Source: Moniliella sp. 'wahieum'
Taxonomy: Eukaryota
NCBI GenBank assembly: GCA_003971905.1
Contig: RSEE01000007.1
Location: 1-64,000 of the forward strand
Reading direction: 5' to 3'
Length of the DNA: 64,000 bases
Made by a program: the position numbers and the translations under genes
Notes under the pieces: model-generated
The model's input: only the letters and a program-made list of their open reading frames with translations
What the model was told of the DNA's origin: nothing
The model's database searches: none
Shown: in pieces, positions 11,851 through 25,400 of the stretch
How the letters are laid out: every line of letters begins with the position of its first letter
Position numbering within the stretch: position 1 is the stretch's first letter

Positions 11851-13587
11851 ATGTCCTACCCGTCCGCCGCCTTCTTCCCCGGCGCCTCGGCCGACGCCTC
11901 CTTCGCGCCCCACCCCTCCGCGCCTCCCAGGTGCCCGCCTCCTCGCCCCGCCACAGCGCTGGCACGCGCCTCCGCCCGCCATGCAGAGCTCCTGGGGGTA
12001 CGCCGTCCCGCCTCCTTCCGACGGCACCGCCCTCCCCCCCCACGCGTCCCCCGCCCCCCCGGCGTCGCGTCCGACCCGGCCTTGGCGTCCGGCAGCCTCT
12101 CGGCCCAGCCGGTGCTCTCCGCCCCCTCTGCCCCCGGCGTCGGCAGCCCCACAATGGGCGAGGTGCGCGCCATGCCCTTGACGCCCATGACCGGCGGCGA
12201 AGGCGCGCCCCTTTCCATCCGTCTTACTCTCCCCGCCAACGCGCTCGAACCGCGCCTGCCCGGCCAACCAGACCAGGGCCAGTTCCATATTGTCTTTGGT
12301 TCCTTTCTGGTCGTGCCCATGTGGGCATGGAGCCGCCGCCGGCACAGGGCATGGCGTCCATTGTCCTCTCCACCAACGTGCCCATCCTCACCGATCTGCC
12401 TGGAGTGAACCCCGACAATGTTGGAATCCGTGTCAAGCGCGTCTGGCTGGCTCCCGCACTCCTTCGCTTATCACTGTCGGGTCCTACCGCATGCGTACGT
12501 GTTTTTCCTTCCGTCTCACCCCCTCGCGCCCTCATGCGCTCGTCCCCTCGTCCCCTCTCCCCATGATGCTTCGTTTTCCTGACTTGCTTTTGTTTCTTGG
12601 TCTTTGCAGTTCCCAAGACGGCAGCGCACATGCGTCCCAACGGCACCCCTACCTCGTCGCCCGACCTGTGGAATATGCCACCGCAGGCCAAGCTAGAGTC
12701 ACAGTATGGGCCCGTGCGGACTCAAAGCGGCGGTCGCCGCGAGTTGGGTTGGGACCCGGCCAACCCTTACATGCGTGGCCGATACTCTGAGCACGCGCCC
12801 GGCCGGCCTGGCTCTCCCAGTCGGGCCATGGTCCACCGCACTTCGCAGCCGATGATGATGAACGGCGTGCCGCCCAACATGAATGCGCCTGCGCTCGTGC
12901 GCGCGCCTCAATCGAGCAACCCGAACGACAACAGTTTCATGACCAATCCTCTCTCCAACCGTCCCCGGGCGCAACTCAAGTTGCAGGGTGATTTGGGATC
13001 AATGGCTTACGGATGGGCCGTGGATGAGTTGCAAGAGGGCCGTCGCTTGGTCCAATTCTGGCGCAAACAAGAAGGCACCACCATCCACGCCACCTTCCGC
13101 CCCATTTTGTTGGACCAATATGTGAAGAACTCGATTGTCGTTTCGTGCATCTTCCGTGCCGACCGCAACGAGTGCTACATCCTCTGTCGACACCATCCTT
13201 TTGCTCGAGGCCCTCGTCGCCAGCCGCTTCTCGATTGAGGAGAAGAACCGCATTCGGCGTAACCTGGAGGGCTTCCACCCCGAGACGGTGCGCAAGCACT
13301 CGGGTGGGTCGGAGGACTTTTTCAAACGCATCATGAACTTCAAGGACCCCAAGCCCCGCACGATCGCCAAGGACGTGAAGACCTTCTCGTGGAAGGTGCT
13401 GGAGCACGCGCTGTGCAAGGTGATTGAAAAATATGTGGGTGATGTGCCGGAAATGGATGCACACGCTCCCGTGCCTCCTGCTCGTGCCCCCGAGCCGGGC
13501 ATGCACTTTGTCCCAGGCCAGCCGCCAGCACATGGCTTGCCTCCGCACGCGATGGGTGCGCCGTTGCCGCCTTCTGGGCTGCAGTAA
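11851..13587 (+). CDS. medA: Medusa (MedA/Acr1-type) developmental transcriptional regulator
   Basis: LKLQGDLGSMAYGW..RRLVQFWRKQEG..IVVSCI, then SVDTILLLEALVASRFSIEEKNRIRRNLEGF..FFKRIMNFKDPKPRTIAKDVKTFSWKVLEHALCKVIEKY, the conserved MedA C-terminal domain. Intron 12495-12609; frameshifts; start approximate. Confidence 0.85.
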
Positions 13588-14450
13588 AGTACCGGGATGC
13601 AGTGGTGGTGCTGCGCGCCCAATTCCTGTCCTTCCTGATTCATTTTCGTTCTGTCGGCCTCCTTTTATCGTTCCCCCGCACCGCCGTCGCGCCGGTCCCG
13701 GTCCTCTCCCACCCCTCTCGCCCTCGCGCTCGCCCGTACCGGAGCCTCACAAGCCCGCACCCGAATCGCGCTGTCGTTGTCCTGACTGCAACGCAATTGT
13801 CCTTCGATAATCTCTGTTCTTGCACTTTTGTGTCCGGTTGTTGGGGATCTGTGCTTTACTCTGCACCAGCCCCCTTCCCACCTTCATCCCTCTTATCCTA
13901 TCCCGTCCCCGTTCGTCCCTGCCTCTCTGTTGCGCTCTCCTCTGTTAAGCTAAGCTTGTTCACCCTTACTGTACTCTTTTGTCGGCCGGAGAGCCTCGGG
14001 CCGGGCGAGGGCGAGGGCCAAGCCGCACCCCCCTACCTCTGCGACAAGAAAAAGAACGAAGAACGCGTCTGGGCATGGGGTCGTGCTCATGCTGGCCTTT
14101 TGAGGTGTTGGGGCCGACGCTCTGTGCTGTTGCTTCTCCCCCTCCCCTATCCCCCCCCCCCCCCATCCTCTCCCTTCTCCCTTCCCCTCTCCGCACCCGT
14201 TTCCGCACCCGCTCCCGCACCGCTCCCGCTCTCGCCCTGGCTCTGGCTCTGGCTCCGGGCCACGCTTCCGGCGCTAGCCCCAGCGCGATAGACGTGCCGA
14301 AGCATGAAGCTGCCTGCGTGACGCGCACTTGTCCCGTCTGTCCCCATAGCATCAGCTCGCACGTAGTACTACTCCCCCCTTGGCGCCTCGTGGAAAGAGG
14401 CGGTGTGACGCGTGGTTAGTGACTGGTTGGGATCGCATGCTTCCGAACAT

Positions 14451-14850
14451 GTCGATGATCGATGATGGACGAGATGTGTGATCGATGATCCACCGATGAT
14501 ATCGATGATAGAACGTTGACGTTGATTGTGAACAGTTTGAGCGAGGGCTCGGCGAACGCCGCTCCGGCGCTCCGGCGCTCAGGCCCAGGTCTTGATGCTT
14601 AACTCAATACTCAGGTCTGGGATTCTGAGACGTGAGCATGTGAGAGAAGAGAGTACCGAGTACTGAGTACTGAGTCCTCACTGAGTACTGAGTAGGACTC
14701 AAGCCTCAAGGCCTCAGGCCTCAAGCTTCAAGCTTCAAGATGGGAGGACTGGGCGCATTGGATATTGGACGCTGAACGTGCTGAACGTACTATAAATCTC
14801 CTGGTGCCTGCAGCCTGCACCTGGGGCTTGAGGCTCACCTGAGATCTGAG
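14451..14850. repeat. Heptad TNA-palindrome patch 2
   Basis: TGA(TCGA)TGA 14456-14465; TGA(GTAC)TGA 14664-14673; TCA-GGCC-TCA-AGCT-TCA-AGCT-TCA 14714-14737; TGA(GATC)TGA 14840-14849. Confidence 0.88.
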
Positions 14851-15432
14851 ACGAGTAGTGCCATGTGCGCTAAGTACACTCCAAGAGCGATCAAATGTTC
14901 GTGAGACCGACGATCTGACATGCTGGCACACGATTAGCTCTTGGGATCCTGGGTTCTTGGGACATGGGAGCACCGGCCGGAGGGGTGAGTGTACGGCGTC
15001 AAGCTTCACAAAGTCAGGACAGAGTTGCGGAGCTCAACAGGCGGACCTCTGAGCGGTGATTAAGATTGTGTGATTACGATTGTGCGCCATGGTGTCGATG
15101 ATTGGTCGAAGGTTCACACGTTCACATTCATATGGAGCTGCTTGCTCTCTACGGCCTACGGCGAGGAATAGGACGCGTGGTCTCGGGTGTGCTGTGGACG
15201 AGGGCGCGTAGCATGGGATGAGATGAGGGCCCAAGCCTTGGGCCGATGGTGACCGTGGGCGCTGTGGGCGCTGGGCGGAGGTAGGTGTTCCACTCGGATT
15301 TGTGTACAGCACAGGGCGAAACAGGCGCGACAGGCGAAACAGGGCAGATTCAGAGGTGGAAACGAAGACAGGCGGACGGCGCTGAGGCGATGAGGCTGAG
15401 AGGGGCTCTATGTACATGGTACACCAGGCAAG

Positions 15433-15846
15433 AGAGTACGTGACTGAGTACGTGACTGAGTTGAGACTGAGTACACGTGGTACTGAGTCGAGTGGGGTCC
15501 AACGTGCATGTTCCATGCGCAATTCACTACGATTAAGAATGCACGCCACCGTAAAGCAGTGCATATTCCATCCAAATGTTCAAACCCGGTGGCTGCAACA
15601 GTCGAGCTGCGATCTGCGACGGCCGGTTGAAATACTAAGACGAGGATGAGCCGATGAGGGTACGTGGAATACATAACAGTGAGGCCTGAGGTTATGTAGT
15701 CTGCATCTGAGATCTGAGGATCTGAGCCCCATGTGCTGAGACTAATGCATGAGATGCATGAGATCGAGACCTGAGTCACTAGTCACGCGTCGCGAGTCAC
15801 GCGTCAGTGCCTACGTGACGCGTGGCGCGTGATGCATGATGCATGA
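15433..15846. repeat. Heptad TNA-palindrome patch 3
   Basis: GAGTACGTGACT x2 near 15434-15457; TGA(GATC)TGA 15708-15717; TCA-CTAG-TCA-CGCG 15776-15789; TGA-CGCG-TGG-CGCG-TGA-TGCA-TGA-TGCA-TGA 15816-15846. Confidence 0.85.
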
Positions 15847-17224
15847 TGGTGCTGGATGGTCCAACCTCTTCCAGGCGACACGACAGGACACGACGCGACG
15901 CGTGTGCAGTACGCAGTCTATTTGTCTCTCGGCCGTGCGCTGTCTGCCCACCGCCATTGGATGGTATACATGGCATGCGGCCAAGTGTCATTAATCCTTC
16001 GAGACAGGTCCGCGGGCCATGTGGGGCTCCGGGGCGGATGGGATGATTTGGATTGGGCCTTTATAAGCTTTAAGCTATAGGCGGGGGTATTCGATGACGG
16101 GGACCGCGCGGGGTGACCCAACCAGCGGGATTATTGGAGCCACAGCCTCAGACTGAGTGCTCATTGCATCAACAGTTTTCCTATGCTCAGGAAACACATG
16201 CTATGGTTTAGTAGTTCTGGCATCCAGTGGTTGCTTGCCAGAGGCTCCCACAAACCTCCGTCATGCCGACACTTCCACCTGTCGAGTTGCGTTCCGCTTC
16301 AGAGGAGAGCGTTGAATACACTGAGCAACATTATGTGTACAAGGGCATCATGTGCCGCTTGGATGGAAACCCCTGGTCCCTACGCCATGTTACTGGGCTT
16401 GTCACGTACACACGGTGCAGCCCAAGGAGAGGGTGGCTACTTCCAAAAGTTCGCCCTATAAGTGCTGACACCTCGTTGATGGCGTGCGTCGATTGCGTTC
16501 AACGGAACTTCCCTTGCTCAACGTAAGCTGCCCCGGCTGATTGGCTGCCTTTCAAAACGGTCAGACAGGTTGGAGGGACAAAGATCCATTAGGACTACTC
16601 ACCATAACGGGTTGCCGTGAGTCAGCCTCTCCTAGCACTTGCTCCTGTCGTCGATCGTGTGTGCAGTTAAACAAGGCTCTACAAGCGCCCCCATTCCCGC
16701 CCCCCTCCTCTCCACCGACTGGGAAACACCATCGAGCCGATCTTGTTTCCAATTCCTATTGTTCTACATCTGCTCCTGCCTATACTCCTGGTCGACGGGG
16801 ATCCTTTTCCCCGCCAACCATTCTTGTCATCCCCCTCTACCCTCTCGCCTATCTTGTCCGACTCCTGCCCGTTTTCCAGCCAATTGATTCAGTGCAGGGA
16901 ACTTCATCTTGTTAGCGTCCGACTCCTCCTCCGACCTCGTCCTCCCTGCAATCTGTCAGTCCAGTCGCGTGAGCCCTCCTCTGGCCGCGTCAATTCCCAG
17001 TCTCTATCCAGTCTCAGTTGAGACGATGTTGGTTCCCCTCTCCGGCCTCCCGTCCCTAAGTCCCGGAGGCTTCAGACACGTTACTACGGCCGAAAAGCCG
17101 GTGCAGACGCAGCCTTGCCACACGAGCAGCCGCCCCACCAAGGGCCTCTCCTCGTCCCTATAGCTCCGCTCGGATCCACCAACCAGCCCAAGCCCGAAAC
17201 TACTGTGAATCGACCTACCGTCGC

Positions 17225-17632
17225 CTAAGGGATTGTACCCCCAAAACCCCGGGCGTGCCCCCTGGCGAAGCCCGCCCCATGACAGAGTCCGTACTGCCAG
17301 ATCAGGTATGCCGACACGCACGTTCGGTTGCTACCATTGATGTTGTACTGTGGCATATTGCCTCCTCGAAAAAGCTGTCGTCGGGAAAAAGCTGTATAGG
17401 TGATCCCAGCAGATTGGCGGTAAGTGAAGGAGTTGTTGGCTGGGTTGTAAAAGTTGAGACCCGCTAAGACAAGTCCAGCACGGTTGCTTCACACCATGCA
17501 CACTAACGCTACATTGTTTTCGCTTGCCCGATGCCGGCACCCTTCGATGGCACAACCAAACACTGGGGCTGGAGAAGCTACGAGTACCACCACCAGTCCA
17601 GACAAGGCCATAAGCAGCGCCGGCGAAAGCAT
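17225..17632 (-). CDS. Candidate small secreted protein (frameshifted, tentative)
   Basis: ATG at 17632 gives a signal-peptide-like MLSPALLMALSGLVVVLVASPAPVFG followed by Cys. A downstream segment reads LNFYNPANNSFTY..YNINGSNRTCVSAYLIWQYGLC with N-x-S/T sites. Needs frame repair. Confidence 0.25.
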
Positions 17633-18140
17633 TGCAGCCACAAAAACGCGCCACGGGGGCCGAGGTGGTGGCGCGACGCCGTGCTGGGAGCCGCAGGGGG
17701 AGAGAACGTGTGGGACGTGCCTTTTTAGTAGGATTCATAATTGGTGCAGCTGGAAGAGATGGTGTATCGGGGGGGGGGGGCAGGTTACTTGCTTCTCCTG
17801 CCGTCCACGTCGGTTTGGTACATTCAGACATACTTTTCGCTTTCCTCTGGTCGGCGTAGTCGCGACGACATGCCGAAGAGAGGGCAGGACAGGCCAGGGG
17901 AGGCCAGAGGAGGCGAGGAACCTGTAACCAATCCTCTCTCCCTTGTCCCCCCAACACGGCCCCCGTGCCCCCCCACACGTAAAATGAACATTTTACAATT
18001 CGAAAGCTGGAAGGAACAAGGTGCATGGCCGCGAATAGGCCCCGCATACGTAATCCTGCCAGCCCGCATCGTTGTTCTCGCAGCCGCCTAACCACTCGGC
18101 GCTGCCCACAACGACGACGACGACGTTGAATCTGACAGCG

Positions 18141-18585
18141 ATGCTGGGCGCTCCTCTCCGTTCGCTTATCCGCCCTGTTGTGCACGCCCACGCTCCGTCT
18201 ACGTCTTCTGTGGCGCTGCGCAGCGTGCACACGCTCCGCGCCGCACCGGCTCCCCCTTTGCGAGCCTCGACCCGCATCCACGCGCCCCTCGCCACTCCTC
18301 TTGCTACCCCAGCCCCCGTCCACGCTCACGTCCACGGTCACGGTGCCGTCGTGCCCGGGACTGAGCGCGGTATGAAGGTCCGCACTTCGCTTGAGAAGCG
18401 GTGCAGCTCGTGCCAGGTGGTGCGGCGGCGGGGGAAGACATTTATCATTTGCAAGGCCCCCCCCGACACAAGCAGGTACGATTTCTTGCTCTTCCCCCAA
18501 AGACTGAGACGTTCATTACGCTTCTGTGAGTTGAGGTACTGATCCTTTCGTTTCTGGTTTTTCTGCCCAGCGCACACGCAACTAA
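18141..18585 (+). CDS. Mitochondrial ribosomal protein bL36m (L36/RTC6-like)
   Basis: Presequence followed by GMKVRTSLEKRCSSCQVVRRRGKTFIICK.xPRHKQ. 1-nt slip in the C-run near 18460; intron 18476-18570; last exon RTRN*. Confidence 0.9.
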
Positions 18586-19289
18586 GCCGGTGCGTGTCCT
18601 GCCGACACCCTGCGACCTATTCGCGTGCGACGCACTGCCCATTAACATCGACATGCGCCTTTTTTGGGTTTAGTAGTCCGGTGACATTAGACCACAGTCT
18701 GTTTAGTAATGCCGTGATAGGAAAGCGCATTCATGGAGTGGTCAATGCAACCGCGCTACCATGGTCTCTCGGCTGCTGGGAGTGCGGCAGAGCTAGTCAT
18801 TTCAGTGCCTGCTGCTGCTGGCGGCGCCCGTTGGGAGGCAGCTTGGGCTGGTGTACGCAGAGAGAGAGGGGCGTGTAGGCAACTGCTGGGGCAGGCCCGG
18901 AAGGAGACCTGACATGGGCTAACCCCATCTGGTGTTGAGCTGACAGCGGGTACTCCCATCACCTGCTCCGTGCCGCAGCCTGTCTATGACCCACATATAT
19001 TAGCCCCTCGTATTGAGCAAAGTCCTCCGGCGCCGAAATGGACGACTCGATTTGATGTGCCCAGCACGTTCTGGATTGGCAGGGGTCGGAAGCAGCAACA
19101 CGATGCTAAGCGCTGCCGTGGAAAAGATGCCAGGTCATCCCGAGGAATCGAAGAGCACAAGCGATGGGAGGTTGCTGCAGATTGCTGCTCTTGAAGGCAT
19201 GTTCTTGGCAAGGCGCAGACAGGCTATTAATTGGGAAGGCGGGGGGTGCGGAGCGGAATTTGCGTGTCCCGTCGGCGCGCGGTTTTCCG

Positions 19290-19340
19290 CCGCGTCTGGC
19301 CGCGTCACGTCACGCGACGCGCGCCTCGCCCACGCGTGTT
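19290..19340. promoter_or_regulatory. Cluster of MCB-like (ACGCGT/ACGCGA/CGCGT) elements upstream of RPA2
   Basis: CGCGTCTGGCCGCGTCACGTCACGCGACGCGCGCC..CACGCGT lies 100-150 bp upstream of the ATG. MBF/MCB control of replication genes is established in yeasts. Confidence 0.55.
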
Positions 19341-19440
19341 GGGCCGACAGAAACGAGCGGCGGCGGCATTCCATCGTCCTGCTCCATCCACATCAACTTC
19401 CCACCCCGCTCAGCTCGCCTCTCCCACCCCCATCTCAGCA

Positions 19441-20652
19441 ATGAACTGTGCGTGTTGCGCCTTTCTCTGCCCCTGCTACCCCTCCCCCCCAGTGCGGGAT
19501 GGCCATGCTGACCTTCTTCGTCTCACCTGCTCCAGTCGACATGAGCGGAACCCAAGGCGGCGGCTACTTTGAGGGTAGCGGTACGGGTGGTGGCGATGGT
19601 AACCCGGACCGGCGCAAGGTTTGTTCCCTCTGATTCCCACATCTTAGTGCGCTCTTACTGACCCCCCCCCGTCTGGCCTCTAGGACAATGAGCTTGGTCT
19701 CCGTCCTGTCACCATCCGCCAACTAACCCACGTCGAGACCAGCAGCGTTGACATGCCCATGATCATCGACGACAAAGAGGTCAAAATGTATGCTGAGCTG
19801 ATATGCTTACTGCCCCTCGCCTTGCTTTCATACTGATATATCCTTCATTTCTCCTTCCAGGTCACGTTCGTCGGTCGAGTTGCCGAAGCCAAGGGCGGCG
19901 AGCTGTTCAGTTCATTTGTCATTGACGATGGTACGGGTTCGATTGAGTGCAAACTATGGAGCAACGAATCCAACCCCATTCCGGTAGAGCAGAACGAGTA
20001 TGCCCGGGTTCGTGGGGTGGTCAAGCAGTTCCAAGGCACCACCACCATCTCCGCCACCACCGTACACAAGGTCACCGACCCCAACGAAATTGTCTTTCAC
20101 AACCTTCAGGCCATTTGGGCCCACCTTTACCTCCGCAAAAACAGTGACGAGCCCATGGGCGAAGTCGGACTGTCGACCTCCGCTCATACCTCTACCCCGA
20201 CCACGCGCGTTTCCACTGCCTGCAGGAGCTGATCAAGGAGAACCCAGGGGGTGTTTGGCTACCCAGATTCAGAAACGGGTGTCCACCATGGGCATGGATG
20301 AGATTAGTATGTTTTCTTCTCCCTTTCCCCTTTCTCTCCCCTTGCTTGACTGAGCAGGCACCTGACCTTACCGAAAACAGCAATATCCTCACGGAACTCG
20401 AGGAGGCAGGGACGGCATACATGGTTCAAAATGCCGACGACAAGGAGGTTTACTTCCCTATGGAGACTTAATCCCCACGTCCTTACCTTCCGCCTGAGTC
20501 CCCTTCCTCCGCTTTTTCCCGCCTCATAAACGCCGATGCTCAACGACCCATGATGGGGTTCGATCCAGAGACATCCCTTGTCTCGCTCCATAGCGCTTAA
20601 TGGTGGCGAGGATGGCGTCTTGGCGCAGTACACCTTTGTGTCCAACACTTAA
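19441..20652 (+). CDS. RFA2: Replication protein A 32-kDa subunit
   Basis: GGGYF N-terminus, LRPVTIRQL, VTFVGRV..VIDDGTGSIECKLW..EYARVRGVVKQFQG..VTDPNEIVFHNLQAIWAHL (OB fold). Introns 19448-19535, 19619-19683, 19788-19860 and probably more in the 3' part; 3' end approximate. Confidence 0.9.
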
Positions 20653-21325
20653 ACTTCTCTCCATCTCAATTTTACCGAACTGTGGATAGTCTCCTCGCAC
20701 CAGGCGCGAGGCCACAAGTGGTTCTAAGGGGCGCGAATGAATGATGAACGGTCCAGGCAGACGTCAACAACTACTATAGTAGGCAGCTGAGGTACCCGTG
20801 CGTGGCAGGCGCCACCTCACTGTGTCAGCTACCCTCTGCGCATGCATTCGACCCTGCCCCGCCACAACATGCATGGGCCCAGGGAGAGGCATGCGCCCAC
20901 CATGCCCGCGGCGTGCCTTGACAGTTGCCAGACGACCCCACCCCACTGCCACGTGCCTCGACTGCCTGATGTCCATCCGTCTTTAGCGCCGCCCTAGCTC
21001 TCTTTCCTCGGCAGGATTGGACCAACGCGCCAGCTTTAGCCTACGAAGCTGGTAGGCTGGCAGTCAGCGGGGCAACTAGCACGTTAGGTGCTGTACGCGA
21101 GATAGACGCGGCTACTTTTCAAGCGACGTCCTATTGATTTGCAATGCGTTGGCCTATTAAATTGAGAAGCATTGCTTCTGGGCAGGCATTGCACCGAGTT
21201 TCAGATTTTGCCACTGGCGAAGAATGTTGGCGAGAACAAGAAATAAGCCAACGCGGCGCCTCGGCTGATCATCCCCCCGCCTCCTCTCCACCTCCACTGC
21301 GTGTCCGCTGCTGTGCGCGACGAGC

Positions 21326-24300
21326 ATGCGCTTCCTCTCTGCGCCGGCATGGCGGCTGCGCGCCTCCGCGCTCCCCCCTCTCTCGCCCCTCTGTCCGCCC
21401 GCCTTCTCCCCCGCCGCCCTCTCCAGACTGCCGCCGTCGCCCGACGCACGCACCGCTCCGCCGCCGTGACCCCGCCCACTACGGCGGCGCAGCGTCCGCA
21501 TCCAACAGCGTCTCCGACGGCGCCGACGCCTTCCCTGCTGGCCGTCGTCCGCGCGTCGCAGAAGTCCTGGCCGAACAGCCGGGCGCTGCCTATACGCCCA
21601 GCGCAGAGCAGGCGGAGGCCGATCTGGCTGCTCAGTACACACACTGGGGCGACGCCGAACCGCTGGCAGACGACGAGCTTTGGCCGGACCGCGGCGAGTC
21701 GTCCAACTACTATGGTGCGGAGGCAGACATTGGGTTTGATGCTCCGGTGGGCCACTCGATGCGCCGCCTGTCGCCCCGCGGCGCGGTATGGGATTGACCA
21801 GCGGGGTCTGCGATCGATGCTGCCTTGGGGATTTATCAACGGCGTGCGGTACCTGCGCAAGCAGGTGCCCAACAGCGAAGTCCGCAGCGAGCTCAAGATT
21901 TGGAAAACCACCCAAGCGGTCCAGATGACCAACCACCAATTCTCTGCCCCGCGCGATGAGTTGTACATCAGCCGGAAGCGCGCGGCGGCTGCCTTGGTGG
22001 CGTACTACGGTCCGAAGCGCCCGGACGGTACACGGCCATCCATGGAGTTCTCTCCACGCTCAAGAAGCGTCTGGCTGCCGAGCAGGCCGAGGCCGAGGAA
22101 GCCCACTCTGACCTACCTCCCGCTGCGTCCCAAACCCTTTAACCCCACCCGTCTGGTCGAGTGGGATTGCGCGGGGCCGAGGGTGCCTGGGCGTTTGCCG
22201 ACGTGTTTGATCCGCCTCCTAAGCCGGAGTGGGAGTCGGACGAAGTACAGGATCCCACTTGGAGTCGCCCCGCGGCGCCTGGCCCAACCACGAGAAACGT
22301 CACCCGCTGTGCGGCGGGTCGAGGACGCGCTCGATACTGGGGTGCGACGGGGGACATCAAGCGGATGAACGTGGCGGCGGACATGCTGGCGCAAACTTCG
22401 TCTTGGGAATCGATGCGCGCTTGGCGCGGCAAGGTGAGCCGGTTTGACACGTGGGGCCGCTCGCACTCGCCCCCCATTCACACCCACATGTACGACCGTT
22501 TGATTGCCACCCTCACCTTTCGCCCTACCAAGCCTTCTCGGATTGTGGTGCCCAAGCGCCTATACCGTGAGGTGCGCCGCGCCGAACGCGAGCTGGTCTG
22601 CTCGATCTGCCAACCGATCCGACCGGCAGCACTTGCGCGACGTGGCGCGCTGTCGCCGAGAAGAAGCGTACATGGAAGCAGCCAAGCAAGGGGAGGGGGA
22701 GGAGGAGAATGAGAATGAGAATGAGGAGAGGATGCAGTTGAAGTGGAGTACGAGCATCTACCACCGAAGAAAGTGAGGCTCTGGCCAAGGAAGAAGCCAA
22801 GGCAGCCAAGCGGCGAAGAAAACAGTGGTCGCAAGAAGACGATGACGATATCAAGCTGGAGCCGGAAGATCAGGCTGCGTACGACGCCTACCTTCATGCG
22901 GCAAGCCCGAAACTACCTTGAAGGTGCCGACCAGTTACCCGGACAAGAGCAGATCAGCCGCGCCAACAAGGCTGCCATGGAGGGTGAGCTGGAAGGATGG
23001 CATGAGACCCCGACCAAAGACACCATCCTCCTTTCTGCCTTCCGTCTCTCTCATCTTGCCAGCGACCAAGAGCGGGTAGACTATGTGACACGGATGTGGA
23101 AACAGAAATGGGCCGAAGTCTTTGTGCTGATTGAACGGCTGATCGCGTGGGTTTGCCTGTATCGCATCCGCTCGTGCACTGCTGCTTCGTCTGGGTGCCA
23201 CCACGCATGCCCCGAGCAAGTTGAGAAACGCAGGAACGCTGCGTGAGGGAGGAGATGAGTTGACGATCGATGGCGAGACGTTTTATGAGGTGGACACCGA
23301 GGCGGGGCTGGCGGAAGCTACTGAGACGACGGAGCAGGCTGCTCCCAAGATGGTTGGGGCTCATGTCGTTGCGCCTTGCCCACGACAAGCCCTGCCCATT
23401 GCTGCATCCCTTTGCGCTTGTACCCGAGGTGAACCGGATCAACTGAACAACGATTGCAATCGACACGGGCAGTGTGCCGGTTCAACACCGAATCGGTTGC
23501 CGCGCGAACATGCTCAGCTTTTCAACCTGCCCAAAAGACGAACTCTCGAAGGACTACGTACCTCAATCGTTCGACGTGGCCCCCGCCCGTCGCTTGATGC
23601 GGCCAGGAGGATCTGCGGCAGGAGGTGGCGGTAGCTGCCGAGCGGGAGGCCATTCAAACCGCCATGGCTGCCTCGGCCGAGGAGGCTGCGCAAGTCGCCG
23701 CCGAGGCGGCGGAGGAAGTGCCTGACTGCGCGAGATGGCGGAACGCACCAAGACGGTGAAGTGGAGTGGATGCGGCGGCAGATGGAGCGAGACCGGGCGG
23801 CGCACGAGGGGAAGAGGAAGGCGCAACCCACATCCTTACCGCTGAACAACTTCAAGAGGCCATCAGTCGGCTGGAGAGGGATGAGGAAGAAGCAGCCGAG
23901 GCGAAGGAAGTGCTCGACTCGCTCATCCCCAGCGTGGTCCAGCACCTGCGTCAGCAACACCCTGAAGCGTATGGCGAGCTGACGGACGAGGAGGTGGAAG
24001 AGCTGGTACGGCAAATGCAGAGCGAGACGCGGTCAACTGAGGCACCAGCCCAGGAGGAAAAGGAGCCGAGGGAGCCTTTGACCCCCGAGCAAAAGGCCAA
24101 CGTGGCTTCGGCCGAGGCTCAGTACTATCGCGACATGTGGCCCGAAGAGGCTGCGATTCTCGACGAAGTCTTCCCCGACCAGCCGGAAGGTGCGGGAGAA
24201 GAGGGCGAGGGGCAACACGCTAAGGGTTCGGAGGACGCTACGATCGAGGTGGATATGCCTCCGGCGCTTGGTGGCCGAACTCCAATTCCTGCTCCCCCAG

Positions 24301-25400
24301 AACTGGCGCCGGCCGACTATGCAGCGATGCAGATCGAATCCTACTCGTGGCCCCGCCTGCTGATCCCGTCGAGCAAGAAGGGGGGGCACGTGTTGTTGTA
24401 TGGTTGCACGTCGGAGGGTAACATCAAGCGGTTCGTGGTCCCCCACAAGGATGTGCAAAAGTACCAGGACGCTCGCAAGTCCGAAAGGGGACTTGTTCCC
24501 TCATTTCCCTGACACGTCCATCCGCTCTACCCTAGTGGAGCGAGCGCGGGCAGACACGAGCGAGCTGATCACACCAGCTGCCTTGCGGGAGCGGACAAAG
24601 GCCAGGGCGGTGCGGATGAAAAAGACTGTCGATGAGAATGACGACTATGAAGTGGACCGTGGAGAGACGGGCGGGACGGACACGATGGGAGCCGAGCTGG
24701 ACGAGGAGCAGGTGCAGCAGATCCTAGAGCTGGAGCGCTTGACGGACTATGCGGCCGGATTGGATTCGCAGGTTGGCAGGGAAGCGGAAGACTTGTTTGA
24801 CCCCTATGCGTCACCGCGGCAGACGTCCACGGGGGCAGTCAGGCAACGCAAGAGAAGCAAGCGACGCTGCAGCAGCGCCAAGGCTTGGACCCCGACGTGG
24901 CCGCGTACGGTGCGATTGGGCCGGATGCGATGGCGATTGTCAACCAGGAGCGGCTCGCGCCTCCCTCGGCACTCGTCACGCCCGTTCATGGCGACGACTC
25001 TTTCCTGCCGTCCATCTCGGCCGGGCTGAGCCAGCGCGCGCGCAAGGCACGTGAACTCAAGCGCAAGCAGACGCTTCAGCTCCATGCTCAAGTCGACCCA
25101 GCGTTCGACATGGAAGATCTAACCACGGCCGCGCGACTGCACCAGGCACGCGTCACCGAGGTGGCCGGTGGGAAGAAGGCGCGGGATGATATTCCGGACC
25201 AGATGGAGCTGCCGCGACGGGGAAGGCAGGTTGCTGCGCACGCACCACAAGGTTCACCTTGACTTCCGCGACGATGACCCCGAAGCGGGCTTCCGTGCGC
25301 TGGAGCGGCACCGTCGGCGTGCCAGTCGCCCGCGTCGATGGGCGACTATGACTTTGGCTTGGATTCGGACATTGTGCGCGTGCCGCGCAAGACCAAGTGA
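21326..25400 (+). CDS. RSM22: Mitochondrial small-subunit assembly factor Rsm22 (methyltransferase-like); many frameshifts
   Basis: MRFLSAPAWRLRASA presequence; LSAFRLSHL, EVFVLIER, HVVAPCP; C-terminal WPRLLIPSSKKGGHVLLYGCTSEGNIKRFVVP..YQDARKS..GDLFPH signature. Ends approximate. Confidence 0.8.

Noticed and set aside
10774..12345. Long overlapping ORFs on both strands (523 aa minus, 434 aa plus)
   Set aside because: Ala/Arg/Pro/Gly-rich shadow ORFs of very GC-rich DNA with no motif. The 3' part overlaps the real medA start.
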